64,000 bases of DNA. It comes from an uncultured Acidobacteriota bacterium (lineage in GTDB: Bacteria > Acidobacteriota > Thermoanaerobaculia > UBA5066 > Gp7-AA6). Shown here one piece after another: positions 8,398 to 17,766 of this stretch. The notes beneath the pieces were generated by a model. The model did no database searches, had not been told where the DNA came from, and saw only the letters and a program-made list of their open reading frames with translations. Made by a program: the position numbers and the translations under genes. The stretch is taken from NCBI GenBank assembly GCA_963763535.1, contig CAVXOX010000008.1, positions 963,975 to 1,027,974 of the forward strand, written 5' to 3'. How positions within the stretch are numbered: position 1 is the stretch's first letter; every line of letters starts with the position of its first letter.

Positions 8398-10836
8398 TCA
8401 CCGCACTCCTCCCGCCGACGTCACCGGCGCGTCCTCGGCTTTGCCGTCGCCGCCCTCCTCGGGCGTGCGCACGTGGATCGGCTCGGGATACGGAACCGTC
8501 GGGAAGCGCTCCGGGCCGACGCGAGCGGGCTTGCCCAGCGCCTTCGCCTTCAGCGCCTTGCGGACCTTCTCCGGCGTGACCGGGATCTCGTCGACGCGCA
8601 CGCCGACGGCGTCGTAGACGGCGTTGGCGACGGCCGGCGGAATCGGCAGGAGCGGCCCCTGCCCGACCTCCTTCGCGCCGTACGGCCCGTTGGGGTCCGG
8701 GTCCTCGACGAGGAAGGTCTCGACCTCGGGCATCTCGAGCGTCGTCGGGCTCTTGTACTCGAGCACCGACGGGAACTTGTGGACGACGTTCCGGTTGGCG
8801 TCCGTGCGGTACGCCATCTCCTCCATCATCGCCTCGCCGAGTCCCATGTACACGGAACCCTCGACCTGGCCCATCACGAGCGCCGCGTTGATGCACTTGC
8901 CGACGTCGTGCGCGATCCAGATCTTCGGCACCGTGTAGATGCCGGTCTCCGGGTCGACCTCGACCTCGACGACCGCCGCGGAGTACGAGTACGCCGGCGA
9001 CGGCCCCACGCCGGCGCCGCGGTACCGGCCCGCCGACGGCGGCGGCCGATAGTGACCGACCGTGCCGAGCGTGCCGTGCAGCGACTCCCCCGCGACGGCC
9101 GCGTCGGCGAAGCTCATCCCCTTCCCGGGATCCTCGACGTCGAAGACGCGCCCCTCGGCGAAGCCGATCCGCTCCCGCGGCGCGCCGAGCTTCGGCGCGA
9201 CGGCGTCGAGGATCAGCTCCTTCGCGCGCTCGGCCGCCTGGATCGCGGCGTTGCCGGTCATCAGCGTGACGCGCGAGGAGTACGAGCCGAGGTCGACCGG
9301 CGTCAGGTCCGTGTCGCCGGTGACGATGCGGATGTCGAGCGGGTCGACGCCGAGGATCTCGGCGACGATCGCCGCGAGGATCGTGTCCGAGCCCTGGCCG
9401 ATCTCGGTCGAGCCGCAGAAGACCGTCACGCCGCCGCCGCGGTCGACCTTCAGCTGCACGCCCGACTGCGGCATCTGGTTCCAGTAGATCGGCAGGCCCG
9501 CGCCCGTCAGGTAGGACGAGCACGCGATCCCGAGGCCGCGGCCGAGCGGGAGCTTCCCGCGCCGCTCCCTCCAGCCCGAGGCCGCGACGACCTTGTCGAT
9601 GCAGGCCCCGAGGCCCATCGAGCCGACGCGCAGGTAGTTCGCGGTCAGCGAGTTCGCGGGCTGCAGGTGCTCGCGCCGGATCGCGGCCGGGTCGAGACCG
9701 AGGTCGCACGCGATGCGGTCGAGCTCCGCCTCGAGGGCGAACCGCGGCTGCGGCGTGCCGTGGCCGCGCTTGGGCCCGCACGGCGGCTTGTTCGTGAAGA
9801 CGCGCGCGCCCTCGAACTTGTACGTCGGGACGCGGTACGTGACCGTCTGCAGCGCTCCCGTGTAGTAGGTCGAGGCGACCCCGTACGAGCCGTAGCCGCC
9901 GCCGTCGAGCGCCGTCTGGAAGTGGAGCGCGGTGATCGCGCCGTCCTTCTTCACGCCGGTCCGCACCCGCATCAGGGTCGGGTGACGGCCCCGGTGGCAG
10001 TAGAAGACCTCCTCGCGCGTCAGGCAGATCTTGACGGGCCGGCCCGTGACGCGCGAGAGGTGCGCGACGACGATCTCGTGGTTGAAGACGTCCGACTTGC
10101 CGCCGAAGCCGCCGCCGTTCGGCGTCGCGATCACGCGGATGCGGGACGCCGGCATCGCGAGCACCTTCGCGAGCGCCCGGTGCACGTAGTGCGGCGTCTG
10201 CGTCGAGGACCAGAGCGTGAGCTTCCCGTCGGGACCGAAGTCGGCGACCGCAGCGTGCTGCTCGAGGGCGAGATGGGTGTTGCCTTCGTAGAAGTAGACG
10301 TTGTCGTAGATGCGGTCCGCCCGGGCGAAACCCTCGTCGAGGTCGCCGAACTGCATCGCGACGAGCTTGTGGATGTTTCCGGCGTCGCCGTAGTCGTGAA
10401 TGGGCACGGCCGCCGGGGCGAGCCCCTCGTCGATCGTGCCGACCGGAGGGAGCGGCTCGTACTCGACCCGGACGAGATCGAGCGCGTCGAAGGCCGCGTC
10501 CTCGCTGACGGCGGCGATCGCCGCGACCGGATCGCCGACGTAGCGCACGCGGTCCTGGCAGAGCGCGTGCTCGTCCTGCGAGACGGGCAGGATGCCGAAG
10601 GGGACGGGCAGGTCCTTTCCCGTCGCCACCACGACGACGCCGGGCGCGGCGAGCGCCGCCGAGACGTCGATCGAGAGGATCCTCGCGTGCGCGACCTTCG
10701 CGCGCAGGAGCTTGCAGTGCAGCATCCGCGGCAGCATCAGGTCGTCGGCGAACTTCGTCTGCCCGGTGACCTTCGCCGCGCCATCGACCTTCGTGAACGG
10801 ACGGCCGACGATGCGTGTGGGCTTGCGGGCGGTCAC
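8398..10836 (-). CDS. Molybdopterin-binding large subunit of a xanthine dehydrogenase / CO dehydrogenase family molybdo-hydroxylase (CoxL-like)
   Basis: GTG at 10836 (frame-checked against the track ORF) preceded by a GGAG RBS. N-terminus TARKPTRIVGRPFTKVDGAAKVTGQTKFADD matches the aldehyde-oxidase/xanthine-DH a/b-hammerhead domain. The C-terminal Moco domain is about 810 aa. In-frame with coxS because no stop intervenes. Confidence 0.85.
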   Translation of the reverse strand: MTARKPTRIVGRPFTKVDGAAKVTGQTKFADDLMLPRMLHCKLLRAKVAHARILSIDVSAALAAPGVVVVATGKDLPVPFGILPVSQDEHALCQDRVRYVGDPVAAIAAVSEDAAFDALDLVRVEYEPLPPVGTIDEGLAPAAVPIHDYGDAGNIHKLVAMQFGDLDEGFARADRIYDNVYFYEGNTHLALEQHAAVADFGPDGKLTLWSSTQTPHYVHRALAKVLAMPASRIRVIATPNGGGFGGKSDVFNHEIVVAHLSRVTGRPVKICLTREEVFYCHRGRHPTLMRVRTGVKKDGAITALHFQTALDGGGYGSYGVASTYYTGALQTVTYRVPTYKFEGARVFTNKPPCGPKRGHGTPQPRFALEAELDRIACDLGLDPAAIRREHLQPANSLTANYLRVGSMGLGACIDKVVAASGWRERRGKLPLGRGLGIACSSYLTGAGLPIYWNQMPQSGVQLKVDRGGGVTVFCGSTEIGQGSDTILAAIVAEILGVDPLDIRIVTGDTDLTPVDLGSYSSRVTLMTGNAAIQAAERAKELILDAVAPKLGAPRERIGFAEGRVFDVEDPGKGMSFADAAVAGESLHGTLGTVGHYRPPPSAGRYRGAGVGPSPAYSYSAAVVEVEVDPETGIYTVPKIWIAHDVGKCINAALVMGQVEGSVYMGLGEAMMEEMAYRTDANRNVVHKFPSVLEYKSPTTLEMPEVETFLVEDPDPNGPYGAKEVGQGPLLPIPPAVANAVYDAVGVRVDEIPVTPEKVRKALKAKALGKPARVGPERFPTVPYPEPIHVRTPEEGGDGKAEDAPVTSAGGVR

Positions 10837-10865
10837 TCGCGTTTCTCCGATTCCTGACCCCGTGC

Positions 10866-11012
10866 GGGGGCAAGCCCCTTCCCGACATTGCCCTCGACCC
10901 GACCCGGCGGGGGCAAGCCCCGCCCCTACATTGCCCTCGACCTGACCGCGGCGGGGGCAAGCCCCGCCCCTGCGTTGCCCTCGACCTGTAGGGGCGGCCC
11001 TTGCGGCCGCCC
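10866..11012. repeat. BIME-like cluster: three tandem 43-44-bp units (GGGGGCAAGCCCCGCCCCTACATTGCCCTCGACCTGACCGCGGC) plus one inverted REP (TGTAGGGGCGGCCCTTGCGGCCGCCC)
   Basis: Unit starts at 10866, 10909 and 10953. The period is not a multiple of 3. Each unit is the reverse complement of a degenerate REP core. Confidence 0.7.
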
Positions 11013-11088
11013 GTTGCCGGGGTGTGAAGGCAGCAGCCCGCTCTCGTCGAAGTCGTATCCGTACAGCGACTCCCGGCGCGGCTGCGGC

Positions 11089-11598
11089 CTCCTCCCCCCG
11101 CATCCACGCGGCCGCGAGCTCGACGGCCTCGAAGATCTTCACGTACCCGGTGCAGCGGCACAGGTTTCCCGCGAGCGCCTGGCGGATCTCCGGCAGCGTC
11201 GGCTTCGGGTTCGCCTCGAGGAGCGCCTTCGCCGTCAGCAGGAACCCCGGCGTGCAGTAGCCGCACTGCGCGGCGCCGAGCTCCGAGAACGCCTTCTGCA
11301 GCGGATGGAGTCCCTCCGGTCCGGCCATGCCCTCGACCGTCTCGACGCGCCGGCCCTCGCACTCGAGCCCGAGCACGAGGCAGGAGAGGACGGGCTTTCC
11401 ATCGACGAGCACGGCGCACGTGCCGCATTCGCCGAGCTCGCAGCCGTGCTTCGTGCCGGTCAGCGCGAGGTCCTCGCGGAGCACCTCGAGGAGCGTCTTG
11501 TGCGGCTCGAAAGCCGCCTCGACGCGCTCGCCGTTGACTGTCAGGGAGACGAGGGCCTTCGACCGCTCAGCCGCCGAATTTTGCCTGCGACGCGCCAT
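11089..11598 (-). CDS. [2Fe-2S]-binding small subunit of the molybdo-hydroxylase (CoxS-like); the 3' boundary is only an estimate because there is no in-frame stop
   Basis: Ferredoxin-like CELGECGTC plus a four-helix-bundle 2Fe-2S pair (CGYCTPG, CRCTGY). The domain ends near WMRGEE, about aa 170. The track reports a single 1066-aa ORF 8398..11598 reading through the repeat cluster. Confidence 0.7.
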
Positions 11599-11642
11599 GG
11601 ACGCATCACTCTAAGCCATTTGTTTTGTGAAAGAAAGACGGC

Positions 11643-12558
11643 TTATTGTGACTGACCAGTCAGATTCAACTGGGGCGCCGGCAACGTCCATTTGGGTAAC
11701 TGCAACAGACCGAGAGGGTTGATGCGCGCGCCCGCGATTTTCGCGCTCCAGTGGAGGTGCGGCCCGGTCGCCCGGCCCGTCGCGCCGACGGCGGCGATGG
11801 TCTGTCCCGCCTCGAGGATCTCCCCCGCCTTCACGTCGATCCGGGAGAGATGGAAGTAAGAAGTGAAGAGACCCTCGCCGTGGTCCAGGATCACGGTGCC
11901 GCCCGAGAAGTAGAGATCGTCGGCGAGCGCCACGCGCGCCGGCGCGGGCGCCCGGACCGGCTGCCCGCTCGCGGCCGCGAGGTCGAGCCCCGAGTGCGCC
12001 GAGCGCGGCTCGCCGTTGAAGACGCGGCGGGACCCGAAGCTCTCGCGCCGGATGGGCGCGTCCACGGGCAGAAGGAACGGACCGGTCCACCGCCGCTCCG
12101 GGTCCCCGCTCTTCCAGACGCTCGCCACCTTCTCCTGGTCCGACTGGATCCGCTCCTTCTCGCTCTCGGGCGGCTCGACGTACTCCGGCGCGACGCGGAG
12201 CTTCTCGACGGCGAACTTCCCGGAGCGCACGGCGACCTCGCGCACGGCGGTCCCCTTCTCGCCGCACGGGACTCTCCCCTCGAACCGCAAGGGGCGCTTG
12301 CCCGTCGGTCCCTCGAAGTCGATGCCGACGAGCGCGCGGTAGCGGCGGCCTCTCGACTGGCTCCATCGCAATTTCCCTCGAGGTCTCGCCGAGAACGACG
12401 CGGGCCTCGTCGAGCGGCGCGTCGCTCGTCAGCGTCGCGACGACGATGCCGCCCTGCCGGACGGACGCCGGCGAGAGCGCCGCCGAGAGGCGCGGCGCGC
12501 GGCACTCGCCACCGGAGATCCCGGCGGCGAGCGCGAGGGCCCCGACGAGAAGCGTCAC
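11643..12558 (-). CDS. M23/LytM-family metallopeptidase with signal peptide; apparent frameshift near 12360-12375
   Basis: Signal peptide plus the N-region (ORF 11611..12558, MTLLVGALALAAG...ARVVLGETSREIAMEP) is in one frame. The M23 catalytic domain (HSGLDL..., HLHWSA) is in another (ORF 11643..12371). Confidence 0.7.
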
Positions 12559-12585
12559 CCGATGAGGGTAACGCCGGCGACGGCC

Positions 12586-15500
12586 CTACGGACCGTAAAG
12601 GAGCAACCCGAACGTCTTCGTCAGGAAGACCGCCATCTGTCCGCGCGTCACCGACGCATCCGGACAGTAGTTGCCGCCGCCGCAGCCGCCGGTGATCCCC
12701 TCTGCCGAGAGCCGTTCGATCCAGTCGACCGCGAAGCCCGCCGGACACGGCACGTCGCCGAAGAGGCCCGCGCACGACGGCGGCACGTAGGCCGAGCCGT
12801 GCTCCCCCTTGAGCAGGAAGACCGCCATCTGGGCCCGCGTGACCGGGTTCGCCGGGCAGTAGTTGCCGCCGCCGCAGCCGCCGGTGATCCCCTCGGCGTA
12901 CAGCCGCTCGATCCAGTCGACCGCGAAGTCGCCGGGACACGCCACGTCGGCGAAGACGCCGGCGCACGGCGGCGGCGCGTACGTCGAGCCGTGCTCGGCC
13001 TTCAGGATGAACACCGCCATCTGCGCGCGGGTGACCGGGTTTCCCGGGCAGTAGTTGCCGCCGCCGCAGCCGCCCGTGATCCCGTTGTGGAAGATGTTCT
13101 CGATCGACGCGTAGAAGAGGTTCGCGTTCGCCACGTCGGGGAAGCTGTCGCCGACGTGGAGCGTCCAGGTCCGCGACGCGCCGGTCGAGATCAGCTCGTC
13201 GAAGGTCGCGTCCCAGTGCGGCGCCGGGCGTGAGGCGGGGTTGTCGACGCCCATCGCATAGCAGTTGCCCGTCGCGTCGTGGCAGTTCGCCGCCCCGTTG
13301 GCGGGAATCGAGCCGTAGTCGGCCGACGAGTGCGCGAGCGTGTACGTGGCGCCCGAAGGTCCCGTGAAGTTCGAGGCGGTGCCGGTCAGCGCGAGCGCGG
13401 TCGACTTGCCGTTGAAGTAACCCGGCTCGACCGTGACCGTCTCGCCCGGCTCGAGGACGCCGTTGACCGCGAGTCCCGAGGGCGCCGTGGCCGCGTGCGC
13501 GTCGACGTGGAGCGAGATCGGGATCGGCGAGCAGCAGAAGTGGCCGTCGGCGACCGAGACCGAGTCGATCCGCCAGCCGGTTCCCGAGACGCTGCTGTCG
13601 GAGCCCATCCGCCAGCGGAGCACGACGTTCTGGCCGGCGGCCCCCGGCGGCAGTGCGACGGCCGTCGTCACGTAGCCGCCGGAGCTGCCGGTCCAGGCCG
13701 GACGAGCGCCGAGCGGATTGCCGGTCGTGCCGTCGAGCGTGCCGACGTATCCGCCGGAGGCGAAGCTCCCGCCCGCCGCCACGACGTCCTGGAACGCGCC
13801 GCCGCCGATCGAGATCTCGAGCACGCCGCCGTCGAAGCCGTTCTCGAGGGCATAGGAGCTGCGGAACGTCAGCTGCGCGCTCGACGTCGTGATCGCGATC
13901 GAGGGCGAGTCGAGCCGCTTGTCGGACGCGCTGCCCGGATCGTCCACGAAGGCGTCGTTCGGCGCCGTGTCGGGGGACGTCGCGCTCGTGACCCACAGCG
14001 GCGCCGCGCCCTGGGCGTTCGCCGCGGACCAGCCCGCCGGCAGCGCGGGAGGCACCGCGCCGTCGAAGTTCTGCGCCAGCACGCCGTTGGCGGTGCCCGT
14101 CGGCAGGTCGAACTGCAGGGTGCCCATGTTCGCCGTTCCGTCCTGGAGCGCGAGCACCGCGGCGATCGGCGTCCCGCACGCCGTGTCGGGATCCACCGTG
14201 AAGGTGAAGTCCCGGCACGCGGATCCGCCCGATCCCGCGATCGCGCCGTAGTCCTGCGGGGAGGAGGGCGCGGTCACGCCGCCGGAGGCCTGGAGGGTGG
14301 CCACGAGGTTGCCGGTGCTCGCCCCGCCCGAGTTCTGAATGCAGAACGTGTAGGTGACCGTCTCGCCGGGATCGGAGCGGCCGTTCGGCGGCTGACAGCT
14401 CTCCGCCTGGAGCGTGGCGTCGCCGACCGCGAGGACGACGGCGCCGGTCAGGCACGCGTCGAGCGTCGTCGGCGAGCCGTCGACGATCGTGACGGGGCTC
14501 GTGAACGACCCGAATCCCGGGAACGCGATCGTCGCCGTGTAGTCGCCGGGCGGCAGGTCCATCGCGTAGACGCCCGAGGCGTCGGTCGCGCGGAGGTAGC
14601 CGCCGCCGACCGTGACGATGGCGCCCGCCAACGGGCCGCCGCCGCAGTTCGTCACCGTTCCCGTGAGCGTCCCCTTCGGCGCCGGGCTGCAACCCGGGAA
14701 CTTGAAGGTGCCGACGCGGGTCGCCCAGTCGAACGAGCCGTTGTTCGCGTAGTACTCCTGCGCGTACCAGAAGGTGCAGTCGTCCGAAGGGTCGATCGAC
14801 ATCGCGCTGTAGTCGCCCCATCGCGCGGCCGCGTCCTGCTGGACTCCCGCTCCGGCGAACATCGTCGCCTCGCCCTGCGAGAGCGCGTTCGCCGGATCTC
14901 CCGCGAGGCGTCCCGCCCAGAGGATCGACGGCAGCAGGCTCGTGCTCGAGGCCGAGAAGCCGACGGCGCTGTTGCCCTGGTGGTCCTGCGCCGTCGAGCC
15001 CATCCAGAGGTTGCGCCCGTTGGAGCCGTCGCCGGATCCGGGCGCGTAGGTGACCTGGTTCTTGATCGTGAAGTCGCCGGTGCCGCCGTCGCGCCGCAGC
15101 TCCTCGAAGCGCACGCCCGCCTGGAAGGTCGACGCGGTCGTCGGGTTGACCCCGCTGACGTTCACGGTCCAGTTGAGGACGAACGACTCGACGCCTCCCG
15201 AGAGCGTCCGGTAACCGATGCGGTACATCATCCGGTCGGCGATCGCGTCCACGTATTGCGCGCTCGTCGCCGGAGAGGGCTGCTCGATCGCGTTGCGCGC
15301 GCCCGGGGACCGCGCGTCGAAAGCCGCAACGGCGAGATCGGGCCGCACCGTGAGTGTCGAGCTCGCGGGATCGGCGAAGTCCGCGTGGAACTCGTAGATC
15401 CGGAGCGCGTCGAACGGGTCGCCGAACTCGTCCGCGCGCCACTCCATGAAGAAATTGGGCGTGCCGGCGGGCGGCGGCGTCAGGCCGTTCAGGTGCGTCG

Positions 15501-16377
15501 GGAGCATGCCGCCGGCCGTGATGTCCACGGTCCCGTAGTTGAAGTAGATGTAGGAGGCGGCGGCGTCGCCGACGAGCATCTTCGAGCGATCGAAGGCATA
15601 GAGCCCGGCGCCCGCGTAGGCGCTCCCTCCGGGCGTGAACTGGTTGTCCGACATGTAGTAGCCGTCGGGCCAGACGCCGAAGTGCGGATAGTCGTTCAGG
15701 AGGTTCGGCATCAGGAAGTCGTACAGGTAGTACGACCCGGTGGGATCGCCCGTCTGCGACACGGCGATCAGCTGGTGGTAAGGCGGATTCAGCCCGCTCG
15801 GAAGACAGAACTGGCTGATGAACCAGCGGTCGGCCATCGTGTCGTAGAGGACGATCGGATCGCCGTCGTTGCGGCCGCCGCAGGGCGCGCCGATGGGCGC
15901 GAAGAGGCTCGACAGCTTCGTCGGCGCCGTCAGCGGCGCGCCCGTCTTGTCGTAGACGCGGAAGAGCGAGTTGACGATCTCCACGACATGGCCCGGCCCG
16001 ACGTCGGCGTTGGTGTCCGGCGGCTCGACGCGCGATCCGAACGCGGCCTGGTCGTCGTCGGCGGAGAGACCCGCGAACGTCAGGGTCGGCCCGGGCATGC
16101 CGCCCTCGGGCGCCTCGGATTGGAGCGCCCCGTCGAAGCCCGCTTCGGGAGCGGCCGCGCGCGCGCGCGGGTTTCGCGGCACGCGCTCGTTCGAGCGGAT
16201 CCAGTTCGCCGGAAGATTCTCGTTCGGGGCGGGCGACTCGGGCGGCAGGTCGCGCACGCGCGCCGACGCCACGACGGTGCGGGCGCGGGACGAGACCGGA
16301 ACGGGCCGCGGACCGTCCGCCCAAAGGACGGTCGAAGACACGAAGAGCATTCCCGCGGTCGCCAACGCACGGCGCAT
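12586..16377 (-). CDS. Large secreted multidomain surface protein (1263 aa) ending in three Cys-rich SLH-like repeats
   Basis: ATG at 16377 with a GAGGAG RBS and a signal peptide MRRALATAGMLFVSSTVLWA. N-terminal roughly 600 aa of unknown fold. A carboxypeptidase-regulatory-like domain (TLTGTVTNCGGGPLAGAIVTVGG). A lectin/LamG-like region. C-terminal repeats [25 protein letters not shown]...[12 protein letters not shown] repeated three times, the same module as the 51-64 kb paralogs. Confidence 0.8.
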   Translation of the reverse strand: MRRALATAGMLFVSSTVLWADGPRPVPVSSRARTVVASARVRDLPPESPAPNENLPANWIRSNERVPRNPRARAAAPEAGFDGALQSEAPEGGMPGPTLTFAGLSADDDQAAFGSRVEPPDTNADVGPGHVVEIVNSLFRVYDKTGAPLTAPTKLSSLFAPIGAPCGGRNDGDPIVLYDTMADRWFISQFCLPSGLNPPYHQLIAVSQTGDPTGSYYLYDFLMPNLLNDYPHFGVWPDGYYMSDNQFTPGGSAYAGAGLYAFDRSKMLVGDAAASYIYFNYGTVDITAGGMLPTHLNGLTPPPAGTPNFFMEWRADEFGDPFDALRIYEFHADFADPASSTLTVRPDLAVAAFDARSPGARNAIEQPSPATSAQYVDAIADRMMYRIGYRTLSGGVESFVLNWTVNVSGVNPTTASTFQAGVRFEELRRDGGTGDFTIKNQVTYAPGSGDGSNGRNLWMGSTAQDHQGNSAVGFSASSTSLLPSILWAGRLAGDPANALSQGEATMFAGAGVQQDAAARWGDYSAMSIDPSDDCTFWYAQEYYANNGSFDWATRVGTFKFPGCSPAPKGTLTGTVTNCGGGPLAGAIVTVGGGYLRATDASGVYAMDLPPGDYTATIAFPGFGSFTSPVTIVDGSPTTLDACLTGAVVLAVGDATLQAESCQPPNGRSDPGETVTYTFCIQNSGGASTGNLVATLQASGGVTAPSSPQDYGAIAGSGGSACRDFTFTVDPDTACGTPIAAVLALQDGTANMGTLQFDLPTGTANGVLAQNFDGAVPPALPAGWSAANAQGAAPLWVTSATSPDTAPNDAFVDDPGSASDKRLDSPSIAITTSSAQLTFRSSYALENGFDGGVLEISIGGGAFQDVVAAGGSFASGGYVGTLDGTTGNPLGARPAWTGSSGGYVTTAVALPPGAAGQNVVLRWRMGSDSSVSGTGWRIDSVSVADGHFCCSPIPISLHVDAHAATAPSGLAVNGVLEPGETVTVEPGYFNGKSTALALTGTASNFTGPSGATYTLAHSSADYGSIPANGAANCHDATGNCYAMGVDNPASRPAPHWDATFDELISTGASRTWTLHVGDSFPDVANANLFYASIENIFHNGITGGCGGGNYCPGNPVTRAQMAVFILKAEHGSTYAPPPCAGVFADVACPGDFAVDWIERLYAEGITGGCGGGNYCPANPVTRAQMAVFLLKGEHGSAYVPPSCAGLFGDVPCPAGFAVDWIERLSAEGITGGCGGGNYCPDASVTRGQMAVFLTKTFGLLLYGP

Positions 16378-16433
16378 GACGTCTCCTCTGAAATCGATCG
16401 CAGGAAGGTAGCGCCCGGGTGGCGCCGAAGTCA

Positions 16434-17657
16434 ACGCGCCGCCCCGGAGCCCTTGAAGATCTGCCCGCCCTTCATGACGAAGATCACATTTTCGGTGACG
16501 TGGATGTCGCGGAGCGGGTCACCCGGGACCGCGACGACGTCGGCGTCCTTGCCCTTCTCGAGCGTGCCGATGCGCGCCGCGAGGCCGAGCAGCTCGGCCG
16601 CGCCCGGGCCGGCGGTGCGCAGCGCCGCGGCGGGGCTCATGCCGAGATCGACCATGAGCGCGAACTCGCGGGCGTTCAGGCCGTGGGGCGACACGGCCGA
16701 GTCCGTGCCGAACGCGATCTTCACGCCGCTCTTCAACGCGCGCCGGAACATCTCGTCGTGCGCGGCTTGCGCCGCCTTCGCCTTCGCGGCGATCGCTGGC
16801 GGGAAGCGCTCGCTCTTGCCGCCCGTCCAGACGCCGGCGAGGCACGTCGGCACGAGGAAGGTGCCCTTCGACTTCATCAGCGCGAGCGTCTCGTCGGTGA
16901 CGAACGACCCGTGCTCGATCGAGTCGACGCCGGCTCGCACGGCGGCGCGCGCGGCCAGGTCGCCGTGGGCGTGCGCCGCCGTCTTCCGATTCAGACGATG
17001 CGCCTCGTCGATGATGGCAAAGAGCTCCGCGTCGGTCAGCTGCGGCGCGGCGACGTCGTCGCCGAGCGACAGAACGCCGCCCGAGGCGCACATCTTGATC
17101 ACGGTCGCGCCGTACTTGACGTTCAGGCGCACCGCCTCGCGCGCCTCGTCCGGGCCGCTGACGATCCCCCGCTCGACGCCCGGCTCCTTGCCGAAGGTCT
17201 CCGGAGGGAACCCGGTCACGTCGCAGTGGCCGCCGGTCGAACCGAGCGCATAGCGCGCGACGAGCATTCGCGGGCCGGGCGTGAGGCCGGCATCGATGGC
17301 GTTGCGCAGCCCCACGTCGAGGTCCTTCTCCGAGCCCACGTCGCGCACCGTCGTGAACCCCGCCTCGAGCGTGCGGCGCGCGTACGCCCCGCCGTAGAAC
17401 GCCTGTTCGGTCACGGGACGCCGCAGCTCGGTGAAGAAGTCCTGCACGTAGTTGTCGCCGGCCTGGCCGGTCAGGTGCGTGTGCGAATCGATGAAGCCGG
17501 GCAGGATCGTCGCGTCGCCGAGGTCGACCACCGTCGCACCGGGAGGGACGGTGAGCCCGGAGCCGGCGGCGGTGATCTTCCCGCCCTCGACGACGACCAT
17601 CGCGTTCGGGATCGTCGCGTCCGAGCGGCCGTCGAACATCCGGGCCGCGCGCAGCAC
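16434..17657 (-). CDS. Amidohydrolase-family metal-dependent hydrolase (imidazolonepropionase / Xaa-Pro dipeptidase-like)
   Basis: Metal-binding HxH (DSHTHL), carbamylated-Lys region (KMCASGG), HAHGD, and a C-terminal D (FGTDS). A plausible signal peptide (MKRIEMLILGTTLATTVALS, ATG about 17768) lies upstream in another frame across a CG-dinucleotide run. Confidence 0.8.
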
Positions 17658-17766
17658 CGTGACGCCGGGCGTCGAGGCCTCGGCGCGGCGCGCCGCCGGC
17701 TGCGCGCGCGCGAGAGCGCCACGGTCGTCGCGAGCGTCGTCCCGAGGATGAGCATTTCGATACGCT

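Noticed and set aside
6412-10857. 1481-aa plus-strand ORF, and similar long Arg/Gly/Asp-rich ORFs (779..2089, 13279..17253, 21427..24456, 48289..51384, 44313..47015, 56340..58697, 61281..63668 and others)
   Set aside because: They are antisense to, or frame-shifted over, well-supported genes. Composition is low-complexity (RRRGR, DRDR). High-GC genomes lack stops in off-frames.
10866-11012. Possible CRISPR array (tandem 43-44-bp direct repeats)
   Set aside because: The units are contiguous with no unique spacers and there are only three of them. Unit lengths vary. Each is an inverted degenerate copy of the REP hairpin. It sits inside a metabolic operon with no cas genes, so it is a REP/BIME cluster.
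8398-11598. Single fused 1066-aa CoxS-CoxL protein as the default call
   Set aside because: A GGAG RBS followed by GTG at 10836 sits exactly where CoxL homologs begin. The linker would be translated REP repeats. I kept it as the alternative reading rather than the primary one.
12562-13233. Plus-strand ORFs overlapping the 1263-aa surface-protein gene (12562..13233, 12863..13054, 13433..13675 and others)
   Set aside because: They are antisense to a gene with clear domain content and a clean 3.8-kb frame.
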